Below are positions 1 to 12,576 of a DNA stretch of 64,000 bases, piece by piece. The stretch's first letter is position 1. Every line of letters begins with the position of its first letter. Below the pieces are notes generated by a model. The model was not told the origin of the DNA. It made no database searches and saw nothing but the letters and a program-made list of their open reading frames with translations. Made by a program: the position numbers and the translations under genes. The stretch lies in the NCBI GenBank assembly GCA_002269645.1, contig NIVC01000301.1, positions 62,001 through 126,000 on the forward strand, read 5' to 3'. Origin of the DNA: Macrostomum lignano (Eukaryota).

Positions 1-660
1 TTTCTGAGGAGCTCACGTGTGTGTCCTACTGCCCTAAGGCGGCCTGAAACGTGATGTTGCTGTCCACCATGCACCACGACAGACAACTGCTTCCCAATGG
101 CAAGCCTGTAGCAATAGGCACGTACTACAATTCTACCAAGAGTGGCACGGACACCTGCAACAGGATGTTCCGCACATCCGACTGCAAGCGAATCTTCTCT
201 TCGGCGGCATACTCAACATAGCAGCTGTGAATGCCGCTGCTATCTGGAGACTGGCGCACCCGGAGCTCTGCCCCTCGCCGAACTATCGCAACGAGTTCCA
301 GCGCAAGGCAGCTGCGCAACTTCTGCAACCTCTGATCGAGAAGCGCTCGCAATCGGCCGCTCTTCTTCAGAATCTGTCCGATCATCACCGGCTGATGATC
401 CAGCTCGCAGGTTGTCAAATCAACGACGAGCAAATGAAGGAACAGGCACGTGAAGCGGCGGCTGTGGTGTCAGTTGGTGGCAGAAAGCGCTGTGCAACAT
501 GCGCGAGACAAAAGTCAAAGGACAAGAAGCCTTGAGTGCGAAAACAAGGAAGTGTTGCATATGTGACGAAGGAATTTGCCGAAGACACACTGCGATGAAA
601 ATTGACTCCGCTTTTGTGTCAACGTGTCGGTGTTCAGATCCTTCTGCACTGAATTTGCTG
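1..660 (+). mobile_element. Decayed piggyBac-family transposase, C-terminal part with cysteine-rich domain
   Basis: Frame from nt 3 reads LTCVSYCPKAA*NVMLLSTMHH...KPVAIGTYYNSTKSGTDTCNRMFRTSDCKR, matching piggyBac motifs (VSY.PK, VLLLSTMH, YN.TKGGVD). After frameshifts it reads VNAAAIW...RKRCATC...KCCICDEGICRRH...TCRC (C-terminal CRD). In-frame stop and at least two frameshifts. A possible end lies at TTAA 836-839. Confidence 0.85.
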
Positions 661-800
661 TAATATCATTTTTGACATGCTGTAATATCACTTTTGACAT
701 GCTGTAATATCACTTTTGACATGCTGTAATATCATTTTTGACATGATGTAATATCATTTTTGACTGTAATATCATTTTTGACATGCTGTAATCTCATTTT
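658..800. repeat. 22-bp tandem repeat (GCTGTAATATCATTTTTGACAT), about 6 copies
   Basis: Direct inspection; lies in the 3' subterminal part of the piggyBac relic. Confidence 0.9.
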
Positions 801-1249
801 TTACAAATTAAATATTTTATTTTTTTAGTGGCGAGTTAAATCTGTAACTCTCCAATTTAACATGGCGCAGGACCATTGTATAATATGCAGACATGCCTGG
901 TTTGGTGCCTTGATAGAAAAATCACGATGTTGGTGGTGCCAGCTTGTCGGGGCCGCGTGTTGGAACTCTGTTGAAGGTCCAGAAGGTCGCCTGTATGTCT
1001 ACAGGTCAGCCTAGAGGGTCGCCATCGTCCATTTCATTCACCGATTGTGTCTACTGACTGAATGCTGCATGCAGAAGAGGATTCTTCCATTTCAGTTTTT
1101 GGGAACGCAGCCGCCTCTGAGACGCCGATCGGGTGCTTTTGTTGAAGGTCCCGACGGTCGCCGCCGTTGCTCCAGACGGAGATGAAGGGGACCTGGGGCC
1201 TGGGGCGCTGAGAACAAAGGCCTCACGACCGATATGTTTAGTTTGCTGA

Positions 1250-1485
1250 GCCGACGTGGTTTCATGATGAGATGTTGGTGGTTTTTGTCACCAGACACCC
1301 CGAGGAGAATCGTTGAATATCTCGACGATGCCGATAATTCGTGATTCTCGAAGTTGCTTCATCGAATAGAGCGGAAAATTTTAGCCCGTGTTCTGGATTT
1401 TCATGGCAATTGGTTGAATATTTTTGGCGATACAGACAAAGGAAAATGTGTGTATTTGAAATACACCCCCATGGTCTTTCTACTG
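1250..1485. mobile_element. Orphan right end of a TTAA DNA transposon related to the 49-52 kb foldback element
   Basis: Ends TTCTACTG|TTAA (1485|1486-1489), exactly as 52305|52306-52309. Blocks at 1306 (AGAATCGTTGAATATCTCGACG) and 1381 (TTAGCCCGTGTTCTGGATTTTC) match 52124 and 52198 with nearly the same spacing (75 vs 74 bp). Confidence 0.7.
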
Positions 1486-2114
1486 TTAATGCGACTGGGT
1501 CCGCGAGTTACCGATATCCCTAGTGCCTTTTGGAGTGACTTGAGAGTGACTGCGAGAGCGACTGCGAGAGCGACTGCGAGAGTGGCTGAGAAAATGACTG
1601 CGAGAGTGACAGCGAGAGTGAGCTCATTGGCGACTCACATCTTTCTGCCAGCTAAGCAGGCGGGAGGGCCTTCGGGCGTGGTCCCGATCTCCTTCGATCG
1701 GCTCAAGTCACAGGGAGCAGAAGAGGATGACTGGAGGGCAAAAGCCGTGAAATTCGAGTTGCAGCCCTGAATGGGATGGAGAATTGGGAGATCAGCAGAG
1801 ACGATAAGGCTCGGGAACGGGATGCGCGAGACAAATAGGGAGAAGAATTCAGAGAGAGAGATCAGGAGGCTTTAATCCGATTTAATCTGATTAAGGACCT
1901 GTTTACCGGTCAGGTGTGACACAAGGATCACCTTAGAATAACGAATTCAAAAGCAGCATTGGGAAACTACAAGCGCAGAACTGAAATTGCATGAGCCTAA
2001 CATTAATAAAGTAACAGAATCTGTCGTGAGACTTTCCGCTTATAATTTGAGTCTAAATCTAGAGTATATTTTTACTGGAAATGTGAGTGTGACGTTTCTT
2101 AGAATACATGCAGC

Positions 2115-2560
2115 ATAGGAATTCCCCTTAGCATGCTAGAGAAGCGTTCCAAGGTCACTCAAAATAGCATTGGAATTCCCCCAGCAGGCAAGGTAGATTT
2201 TCCAAGTTCTACAAGGAATGCATTCGAATAAAATCACTAGACATGTGTGTAACGTCGCCAAGAATATATGCATTCCCCTTAGGAATTCCCCTTAGCATGC
2301 TAGATAAGCGCGTCAAGGTCGCAAAGATTAGATTCGGGATTCCCCCAGCATGCTCGAGAAGCGTGCCAAGGTCGCAAGATTCGGGATCCCCCCACTATGC
2401 GCGAGAAGCGTGCCAAGGTTGCAAAATTAGATTCTGGATTCCCCACAGCATGCACGAGAAGCGTGTCAAGGTCACAAATATTTGATTCGGGATTCCCCCA
2501 GCATGCAAGAAAGGCGTGCCACAAGGTCAAAAAAAATGCATTCGAGATTCCCTCAGTATG
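2115..2560. repeat. Degenerate ~61-bp tandem repeat with a GGGATTCCCC core
   Basis: Recurring (G/T)GGA(A)TTCCCC..AGCATGC..GAGAAGCGTGCCAAGGTC units. Confidence 0.8.
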
Positions 2561-2975
2561 TAAAAAACGTATCAAGTGTCAAGGCCACAGCGGAGACTTT
2601 TTCACTACGTTTTTTCCTTTAGTCTAAGATTGCAGGCAGAAAAATTGTGTGATATGTTGAACTCAAACGAAAACAAAACATTTCACTCATACTACTTCAT
2701 AAAAGAGTAGTACCATAAATGAAAAATAATTTTTCTTACAGATCATAGATCTAATAACCAGCTTGAAATAACTAGCACTTCAGAACTGCTCATTAGCTGA
2801 GGTGCTGCTCTACTAATCCTCATTTGGAAGAGCTCTCAGGGCGCACGGCACGGGCGTAGCTTTTTTTAAGTTTGCTTTTTGCAGTTTCTGCCTGACCTGA
2901 TTTTTTATTTTCAGAATTTCAAGCATTCAAGTTCGTGCTATCCTGGACTTGTTCTCAGCCTGTTTTCTTCACCTT

Positions 2976-3600
2976 ACTGTTGATGCTGTCACTCTGTCTG
3001 TCCCGCTCTCAGCACTCTGTTCACTCCTGCTGCTGTTGATGCTGTCACTCTGTCTGTCCCGCTCTCAGCACTCTGTTCACTCCTGCTGCAGCTGATGCTG
3101 TCACTCTGTCTGTCCCGCTCTCAGCACTCTGTTCACTCCTGCTGCAGCTGATGCTGTTACTCTGTCTGTCCCGCTCTCAGCACTCTGTTCACTCCTGCTG
3201 CAGCTGATGCTGTCACTCTGTCTGTCCCGCTCTCAGCACTCTGTTCACTCCTGCTGCAGCTGATGCTGTTACTCTGTCTGTCCCGCTCTCAGCACTCTGT
3301 TCACTCCTGCTGCTGTTGATGCTGTCACTCTGTCTGTCCCGCTCTCAGCACTCTGTTCACTCCTGCTGCTGTTGATGCTGTTACTCTGTCTGTCCCGCTC
3401 TCAGCACTCTGTTCACTCCTGCTGCTGTTGATGCTGTCACTCTGTCTGTCCCGCTCTCAGCACTCTGTTCACTCCTGCTGCTGTTGATGCTGTCACTCTG
3501 TCTGTCCCGCTCTCAGCACTCTGTTCACTCCTGCTGCTGTTGATGCTGTTACTCTGTCTGTCCCGCTCTCAGCACTCTGTTCACTCCTGCTGCTGTTGAT
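2976..3600. repeat. 56-bp minisatellite, about 11 copies
   Basis: TCCCGCTCTCAGCACTCTGTTCACTCC recurs with a 56-bp period (3001, 3057 ...). Confidence 0.95.
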
Positions 3601-4349
3601 CCTGTCAAGCACCTGTGCAGTGTTTACTTTTCCATAAAGGCAGGTTAGTGCTCGCAAATTGACTGGAGTAGCCAAGCTAGTTACGGAAAGGACAAAACCT
3701 GTGTGCCTGGAGCGGCACGAACAGCAAACAAGGTCAGGACCGAGCCGCCATGGTAATTGCTGGGTTTTCGGAGTCGCGCGCTTATGGCAAAGATGTTGCT
3801 GCTGCTCAGAGGTTGTAAAAACAGCCATCAGTGAGCCCGCTACTTATCGTATGCGAAGGGGCCCCCGGCTGTGGGAGCATTAATCTTAAAACTGTACCTC
3901 AAATTCATAGTTTTGAGGTCTGCTCACCACCTGATCCCAGCACTGGCAAATCCTTCGCTGCCGCAAAATGCACTGCCGAAATGGGAAATTTTCAGCATTT
4001 GGCAAAAATCGACCGAGAAGGTTATGTGCCCCGAGGGTTGGTTCGCGTGTTTGCTCACGTGCTTGCCAGTCTTCAATGTACATGTACTTTTGAATCAAAC
4101 CCAGGCAGTACTTCAGTATACAGATGATAAAGCTGAAGAATGCAGCCGTCAGTTAACTCGAAATCCTTCATTTTCAGCTGCACTGCTTTTTGTACGGGTT
4201 GGATTTATTGTGGACAAATGTATTGTACAATGCGCATCTGGCAAGTGCTTGGGAACAGGATCAATAAGACAATGCTTTAGACTCAGTCTAAAGAGATGCG
4301 GAAGAGAGTTCTGGCAGGTAAATTTGCAGACTTTTTCGAATAGTAAGTG

Positions 4350-4896
<547 letters not shown>

Positions 4897-5015
4897 TTTC
4901 TTTTTTCTCTTATCCCAGCTTCACCTCCTTCTTCTTTCATCTGCTCCCCTATTCTCAGAATTCTCTCCATGCATTTCTCCCATAGTCAGGTCTCTTCCCA
5001 CTGTCCCAGCGGCAG

Positions 5016-5607
5016 TCAGAAGTTCTGATAGCCCGCAAACAGCTCGCCCAGAATCCAGTCGATGGTGCTCTCGTACAGCTGCCGGACGGCGCAGTACTTC
5101 TCCTCGCCCATGCTGTCCGCCACGGCCTCCAAGAACGGCTCCCGCATGAGCCAGAAGTGCTCGGCCTCGAAGTCAAGGAACAGGCGGTGCGTCCTGCCCG
5201 TGTACCACAGCCGGCGGCCCACAGCGTCAGGCTCGTGCAGCCCGCTGATAGCCTCGTCCAGCAGGCTCATCACCGTAGCCGCGTGTCGCTGCAGGTCGGG
5301 GTTTTCGGCCGTCAGGCAGCCGCTGCTCAGGCCGCTCGGACTCACCAGGCTGCTGCTGAAGTTGCGGAAGATGCCAAGCAGCAGGGGCCGCTGCTGGAAC
5401 AGCAACAGGAACATGCGGACCCCGGCCTGGCACACCTGCTGCTGCACCGCCACCCAGGAGGCTCTGAGCTGGGCGAGGTCCTCAGGCTCCGACACAGGGC
5501 ACTGCCAGCGCACTGGCTGCGGGTGGCGCCGGGGTCGGGGCCGCCTGGCTGGCCTTGCCAGGCGGCGTCGGGCTGGATGAAGCCGCTACAGATGCTGAGC
5601 AGCCCAT
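5016..5607 (-). CDS. Intronless single-domain globin with N-terminal MGC extension; one-base frameshift near 5490-5500
   Basis: 5016-5513 reads EDLAQLRASW (helix A), GVRMFLLLFQQRP (B/C), IF (CD1 Phe), LQRHAATVM (distal His), GRTHR (proximal His), HFWLMREPFLEAV (G). ATG at 5607 gives MGCSASVAASSSP..., one base out of frame (span 592 nt = 3n+1). Confidence 0.85.
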
Positions 5608-5934
5608 GCTGGCGGTGTCGGGAGTGACAGGTGAAGGGGCTGATCGCATCCGATTCCTGAAGCGGCGCGGGGTCGAGGATAAATCGGAGTTGAGGTACCA
5701 GTCGCTCGCTTCTGATTGGCTGGCTGTGCAGCCCCCCCCCCCGATTCTTCGGCTTCCGAGTCCGCATGAAGCAGTCGGGCAGGCAGCGCACGTACAACAC
5801 GTAGTTGATCGTTTTGTGTTTTTTTCTAAATTGAGTAATTAGAATTCAAAAAAAATATTTATAATTAAAAAACTGAGCAAAAACCGAACTCACACAGGGT
5901 GCCTTTTGAAGGCAAGGTTGCTATTGTTTTAGAA

Positions 5935-7075
5935 GACGAGACAGAGATAAAGACACAGATAGAAATAGAGACGGACAGAGACACAGACACAGACACAGAC
6001 ACAGACAGAGACAGACACAGACAGACACAGACACAGAGACAGACACAGACACAGAGACAGATACAGACACAGAGACAGACACAGATTGACACAGAGACAG
6101 ACACAGATTGACACAGACACAGACAGAGACAGACACAGACAGAGACAGAGACAGACACAGACAGAGACAGACACAGACTGACACAGACACAGACACAGAT
6201 ACAGACACAGACACAGACAGAGACAGAGATAGAGACAGACACAGATACAGACACAGACACAGATACAGACACAGACAAAGACAGACACAGACACAGATAC
6301 AGACACAGACATAGAGACAGACACAGAGACAGACACAGCAGAGACAGAGATAGAGATAGAGACAGACACAGACACAGAGACAGACACAGACACAGACACA
6401 GAGACAGACACAGAGACAGACACAGAGACAGAGACAGACACAGAGACAGACACAGATACAGACACAGACATAGACAAAGACAGACAGAGACAGAGACAGA
6501 CAGAGACAGACACAGATTGACACAGACACAGAGACAGACACAGACACAGAGACAGACACAGACACAGATACAGACACAGACACAGACACAGACAGAGACA
6601 GAGACAGACACATACTGACACAGACACAGACACAGATACAGACACAGACACAGACACAGACAGAGACAGAGACAGACACAGAGACAGACACAGACTGACA
6701 CAGACACAGATACAAATACAGACACAGACACAGACACAGACAGAGACAGACAGAGACAGAGACAGAGACAGACAGAGACAGAGATAGAGACAGACATAGA
6801 CAGACACAGACTGACAAAGACACAGACACAGAGACAGACACAGACACAGACACAGGGACAGACACAGAGACAGACACAGACAGAGATAGAGACAGACACA
6901 GAGACAGACACAGACAGAGACAGAGACAGACAGAGATAGAGACAGACACAGACAGACACAGACTGACAAACACACAGACACAGAGACAGACACAGACACA
7001 GACATAGAGACAGACACAGAGACAGACACAGACACAGACACAGATACAGATAGACACAGACAGATACAAACACAG
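5935..7075. repeat. Compound (ACAGAC/ACAGAG)n microsatellite
   Basis: Direct inspection; source of the SVSV/CLCL/TQTQ ORFs. Confidence 0.95.
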
Positions 7076-7469
7076 AGATGTTTCCCAATCTGTATCTCTA
7101 TATCTGTCTCTATCTATGACACGGACAGTGATGGAGATCACGCTGCGGCAGTGTCTATTTGTAGAAGATCGCTGAGCCATATACTTGGCGAGCGGTGTTG
7201 AAGAGAGGCTGAGAGATGATGCCACAAAGAATTCTCAGTTGTTTCTTTAATCAGCAGGCCTTTAATTATTGATTCTCCCATATAATTGAATATGATATTT
7301 GAACAATTTTCCCCAGCAAGTCTGATTATAGAGGCATCAGAGCGACCCGCTGAGGCTGCGGCGGACCGGGCCATCACGCAATGCTGCAGCATCCGGGACA
7401 TCAAAATTTAAGCGGCAATTTTCGACAAGAACTGCAGTCCACTGAGATTTAGCATCCCGCTCTCCAAAT

Positions 7470-7700
7470 TCTATGCTTCTCTCCTCTCTCTTTTATCTCT
7501 TTACTCTTCTCTCTTTTTTCTTCTCTCCTCTCATATCTCTTCTCTCTTTATTATTCTCTACTTTCTCTTCTCTCTCTCTTCTTTCTCTCCTCCTTTCTCT
7601 CTGTCCTCTCTCTCATCTCTCCTCTCTTCTCTCTCCTCTTTTCTTCTCTTCGCTCTCCTCGTCTACGTCTCTCTCATCTTGCACTCTTTGCTCCCACTGG
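7470..7700. repeat. CT-rich low-complexity tract
   Basis: Direct inspection. Confidence 0.85.
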
Positions 7701-8309
7701 ATTCTCTCTTTCCAGTTTTGTTTTGAGAAGATTTTGTGGCAGGTCAAAATAAGCAGCCCAGCACCTCTCCATGCCTCACACCCGTTAGGGTGAGGCCGGC
7801 ACCCCAGCGCCGCAGCTGTAAAAGTGCACTAATTAGCTGCCAACTCGAACAGAGCCGATTTGCTTTGCTCGCCGAAGCGAGAATGCTGCCCACCCCAGTC
7901 CGCATTCCCGCACCCTACAGCTCTGCCTCCCCGCCCACTGCGTGTGCTGGCCCAGCTGCTGCCAAAGAAAGAATGAGAGAAACATTTTAGCAGAAGTCGG
8001 CAGCTCAACCGGCTGAGCTCTTTGTGAAACGGGAAAAATGAAACCAAAGCCAGTAGGGCACGCGGAGTTGTAAAAGAAGGCGGATACAGGTTTCTAGGCT
8101 AATAGCAGTGCGGACCTGCTGCTTGTGCCTCGAGCATCAAAAATGCCTCATCATGTGACTTCAACAGGGAAGCTGCAGTGCCGGCTTCTGTGCCCCAGCT
8201 GCCAGAGGGAGTTTACCCTCTCGGCTGTTGCCATGGCAACCGTAGTTGAGGATCAACCGGGCCGGACGCAGGAAGTTGGGTAAGCTTGAAACCTGGAAAC
8301 TTGGTTGAA

Positions 8310-9115
8310 ATCTGTCCTGCACCTGTGTGTGAGCTGTCCTGCACCTGTGTGTGTGCTGTCCTCCACCTGTGTGTGAGCTGTCCTCCACCTGTGTGTGAGC
8401 TGTCCTCCGCCTGTGTGTGAGCTGTCCTCCACCTGTGTGTGAGCTGTCCTCCACCTGTGTGTGTGCTGTCCTCCGCCTGTGTGTGAGCTGTCCTCCACCT
8501 GTGTGTGAGCTGTCCTCCACCTGTGTGTGTGCTGTCCTCCGCCTGTGTGTGAGCTGTCCTCCACCTGTGTGTGAGCTGTCCTCCACCTGTGTGTGTGCTG
8601 TCCTCCACCTGTGTGTGAGCTGTCCTGTACCTGTGTGTGTGTGTGCTGTCCTGCACCTGTGTGTGAGCTGTCCTGCACCTGTGTGTGAGCTGTCCTCCAC
8701 CTTTGTGAGCTGTCCTCCACCTGTGTGTGCTGTCCTGCACCTGTGTGTGAGCTGTCCTGCACCTGTGTGTGTGCTGTCCTGCACCTGTGTGTGAGCTGTC
8801 CTGCACCTGTGTGTGAGCTGTCCTGCACCTGTGTGTGTGCTGTCCTCCACCTGTGTGTGCTGTCCTGCACCTGTGTGTGAGCTGTCCTGCACCTGTGTGT
8901 GAGCTGTCCTCCACCTGTGTGTGAGCTGTCCTCCACCTGTGTGTGAGCTGTCCTCCACCTGTGTGTGCTGTCCGCCACCTGTGTTTGAGCTGTCCTCCAC
9001 CTGTGTGTGTGCTGTCCTGCACCTGTGTGTGCTGTCCGCCACCTGTGTGTGAGCTGTCCTCCACCTGTGTGTGTGCTTTCCTGCATCTGTGTGTGTGCTG
9101 TTCGCCACCTGTCTG
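8310..9115. repeat. 22-bp minisatellite (CACCTGTGTGTGAGCTGTCCTC/G)
   Basis: Direct inspection; 20-22 bp variants. Confidence 0.95.
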
Positions 9116-9182
9116 TGTTGCCATTTTCTTTTATCACGTGAGAGCCTGTCGCAGCTGCTCCCCCACTCTGCTCAAACGCAAG

Positions 9183-12100
9183 CAGAGGCGCACCGCCAGG
9201 TGCCGCAGCTTCGCCCAGCGGAAGGCATTGGAAGCTGAGCCAGAGCGCGGCGGACGCGGAGATCAAAGAAGTTATTGTTCCTCAAATCGGATCTCTTCAG
9301 CAGTTTGCGTAAGTCGAAAAAACCCGATGGCTGAGGGCATAGCTAAGAAAACCTTGGATTCACCCAATTTGAGTTGCTTCACAATGCACTGATGGCATTC
9401 TTAATTCAATTAACATTGAGAAAGCTTTGGGACGTCTTGTCCAATTATTTTTCTTTCAGTGAAGGGAATTTTTTATCTCTGTTACATAGTCTTATACTTT
9501 TGGAGCTCTGAGGGCTTATCTTTTCTCCTGACATGGGCTTATCGTTTCTCCTGACATGGGCTTATCGTTTCTCCTGACATGGGCTTATCGTTTCTCCTGA
9601 CATGGGCTTATCGTTTCTCCTGACATGGGCTTATCGTTTCTCCTGACATGGGCTTATCGTTTCTCTTGAAATGGGCTTATCGTTTCTCCTGACATGGGCT
9701 TATCGTTTCTCCTGACATGGGCTTATCGTTTCTCCTGACATGGGCTTATCGTTTCTCCTGACATGGGCTTATCGTTTCTCCTGACATGGGCTTATCGTTT
9801 CTCCTGACATGGGCTTATCGTTTCTCCTGACATGGGCTTATCGTTTCTCCTGAGATGGGCTTATCGTTATACTGACATGGGCTTATCGTTTCTCCTGACA
9901 TGGGCTTATCGTTTCTCCTGACATGGGCTTATCGTTTCTCCTGACATGGGCTTATCGTTTCTCCTGAGATGGGCTTATCGTTATACTGACATGGGCTTAT
10001 CGTTTCTCCTGAGATGGGCTTATCGTTCTCCTGACATGGGCTTATCGTTATACTGACATGGGCTTATCGTTTCTCCTGACATGGGCTTATCGTTTCTCCT
10101 GACATGGGCTTATCGTTTCTCCTGAGATGGGCTTATCGTTATACTGACATGGGCTTATCGTTTCTCCTGACATGGGCTTATCGTTTCTCCTGACATGGGC
10201 TTATCGTTCTCCTGACATGGGCATATCGTTTCTCCTGACATGGGCTTATCGTTTCTCCTGACATGGGCTTATCGTTTCTCCTGACATGGGCTTATCGTTT
10301 TTTCTGACATGGGCTTATCGTTCTCCTGACATGGGCTTATCGTTTCTCCTGACATGGGCTTATCGTTTCTCCTGACATGGGCTATCGTTTCTCCTGACAT
10401 GGGCTTATCGATCGTTTTTCCTGAGATGGGCTTATCGTTTCTCCTGACATGGGCTTATCGTTTCTCCTGACATGGGCTTATCGTTTCTCCTGACATGGGC
10501 TTATCGTTTCTCCTGAGATGGGCTTATCGTTATACTGACATGGGCTTATCGTTTCTCCTGAGATGGGCTTATCGTTCTCCTGACATGGGCTTATCGTTAT
10601 ACTGACATGGGCTTATCGTTTCTCCTGACATGGGCTTATCGTTTCTCCTGACATGGGCTTATCGTTTCTCCTGAGATGGGCTTATCGTTATACTGACATG
10701 GGCTTATCGTTCTCCTGACATGGGCTCATCGTTTCTCCTGAGATGGGCTTATCGTTTCTCCTGAGATGGGATTATTGTTTCTCCTGACATGACATGGGCC
10801 CTCTTTACTGCAGTCATTGCTATTTTCCCCCTCAATGTATTTTTATCTGCCGAAGCTTACGGGGGAATTGCTGAGACGCCAAGACTCAAAGGGGAAGCTG
10901 ATATTTTGGGTGAGAAAGCTGGAGTGTACACGAATTTCTATAACTACAGTTCATTTTAAAATATATTTATTCGTTTCTTCGTTGCTTCGTTATTAATTTT
11001 TTCATAAACTTGGGAGTTTCGTGTATGCTTACTACGGACATCATGGGCGTGGTTTTCATAATTTCACAATTTCAATTCCAATTTGTTTGGCTATCGAACT
11101 GACTTGTTTCAACCATCGCCATTTATAGAAAAAGTATAATTCGTGTACTTTTTGACACGGAGTCTCCAGATTTGTCAATCAAATATGAGCAATCGCTGAT
11201 CCAAAAAAATTTAATCCCCTCTGCTCACCGCTCAGACAGAGGGGCCTCATCAGCAGCCAGGAGCTCCGTTTTCACTCTCAGCTTCGCCCGCTCACTGCAC
11301 GCAAAAGAGATTTCTGCGTTTTCAAAATCAAGAGAGCTCGAATAATGGCTTTAATGGAAGGGAGTACACTGGGGAAGAGTCTGGGCGCTTCATCAGCGGC
11401 TATCAATTTCCTGAACATTACTTAATATTTCAATTTACCAATATGAACTTAGGAGAAATTTGTCCTTCATGTGCTGTCCAAAAATTTCCCGATTTAGCAA
11501 CTCGCAAGCGGCTGACGATACAGAAGTTCGGCTTCGGAGGCGCAACGAATCGCGAGCTGAGCAGCCCCGAATCAGGGAAACCACCTGGCTGATTGCTGCG
11601 GCGCCAACGAATGCGGCGCAGGGAAATCCTGCGGCGCGGAATAGCGGCGGACAGAATTCCCACGTGGGGAATCCTGCCATGGGGAATCTGAGGATTCCCA
11701 GCACTGGGAATCCCGATTGGGAGAATCCAAGGAATTCCAGCTCTGGGAATCCCGGCATAGGGAATTCGAGAAATTCCAGCTCTGGGAATCCCGTTTGGGA
11801 GAATCCGAGGAATTCCAGCTCTGGGAATCCCGGCATGGGGAATCCGAGGAATTCCAGCTCTGGGAATCCCGGCATGGGGAATCCGAGGAATTCCAGCTCT
11901 GGGAATCCCGCTTGGGAGAATCCGAGGAATTTCAGCTCTGGGAATCCCACTTTGGAGAATCCAAGGAATTCCAGCTCTGGGAATCCCGGCATGGGGAATC
12001 CGAGGAATTCCAGCGCTGAGAATCCCGGCATGGGGAATCCGAGGAATTCCAGCGCTGGGAATCCCGGCATGGTGAAAGCGGCAACCGCTTCAGCACAGTT

Positions 12101-12284
12101 TAACTCGACAACATCAAAGAAGAAGCCGAGGCGCACCTGGTCGATTGAGCGACAGCGGCTCAACTGGCAGAAGGCGGAGAACGGCCGTCTGCCGTGGTTC
12201 CTTCGGCGACAGGTGCCGGAGACTCCGCTGATCGAAGTCGCGAGCAGCACAGCGAAGGTTTGCCTCAAATGGCCTCTTCAGTAA
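9183..12284 (+). CDS. Putative orphan protein; last exon 11498-12284 contains a 13-aa (39-bp) repeat SSSGNPGMGNPRN
   Basis: Consensus donor GC|GTAAGT at 9308/9309 (phase 2) joins in phase to acceptor TTTAG|C at 11497/11498, giving an open 787-nt exon with GC-rich non-repetitive flanks. The start of the upstream exon (9143-9183) and a possible first exon (ATG 8233 to 8279|GTAAGC) are uncertain. Confidence 0.45.
9520..10795. repeat. 23-bp minisatellite (TCTCCTGACATGGGCTTATCGTT), about 55 copies
   Basis: Period 23 (ATCG at 9541, 9564). Confidence 0.95.
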
Positions 12285-12576
12285 TAATTTGGATTCAGCT
12301 CGGACTGCACAAACCTCAGGGATTCCAGACTGCTACATTGAAAGACCCGTGTAGCAAAGTGGCTGCTTAATGAAAACACGTCAGCTCTGAGGAAAATTGC
12401 TAATTTAAGATCTTAATTGATAGTGACAGCAGAGCGCGTGAGAATTTGAAGATGCGAAGCGCTAGATAAGGGAGACATGAGGTTAAAGAGGAAATTTGAT
12501 CAGCTGGAAATTTTTATAGATTTAGAGGAATATGAAGCAAGTAATGTATGGAACTAATGGAATTAGAAGCAGCAGT

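Noticed and set aside
5865-7225. Long ORFs of 370-434 aa (also at 8161-9266, 15622-16950, 18787-19972, 35552-36521, 43846-45315, 52982-54662, 56662-57521)
   Set aside because: They are translations of stop-free tandem repeats, open in several frames, and mostly lie inside demonstrable introns.
9520-10795. Regular 23-33 bp repeats as CRISPR arrays
   Set aside because: Units are head-to-tail with no unique spacers, there are no cas genes, and the context is eukaryotic.
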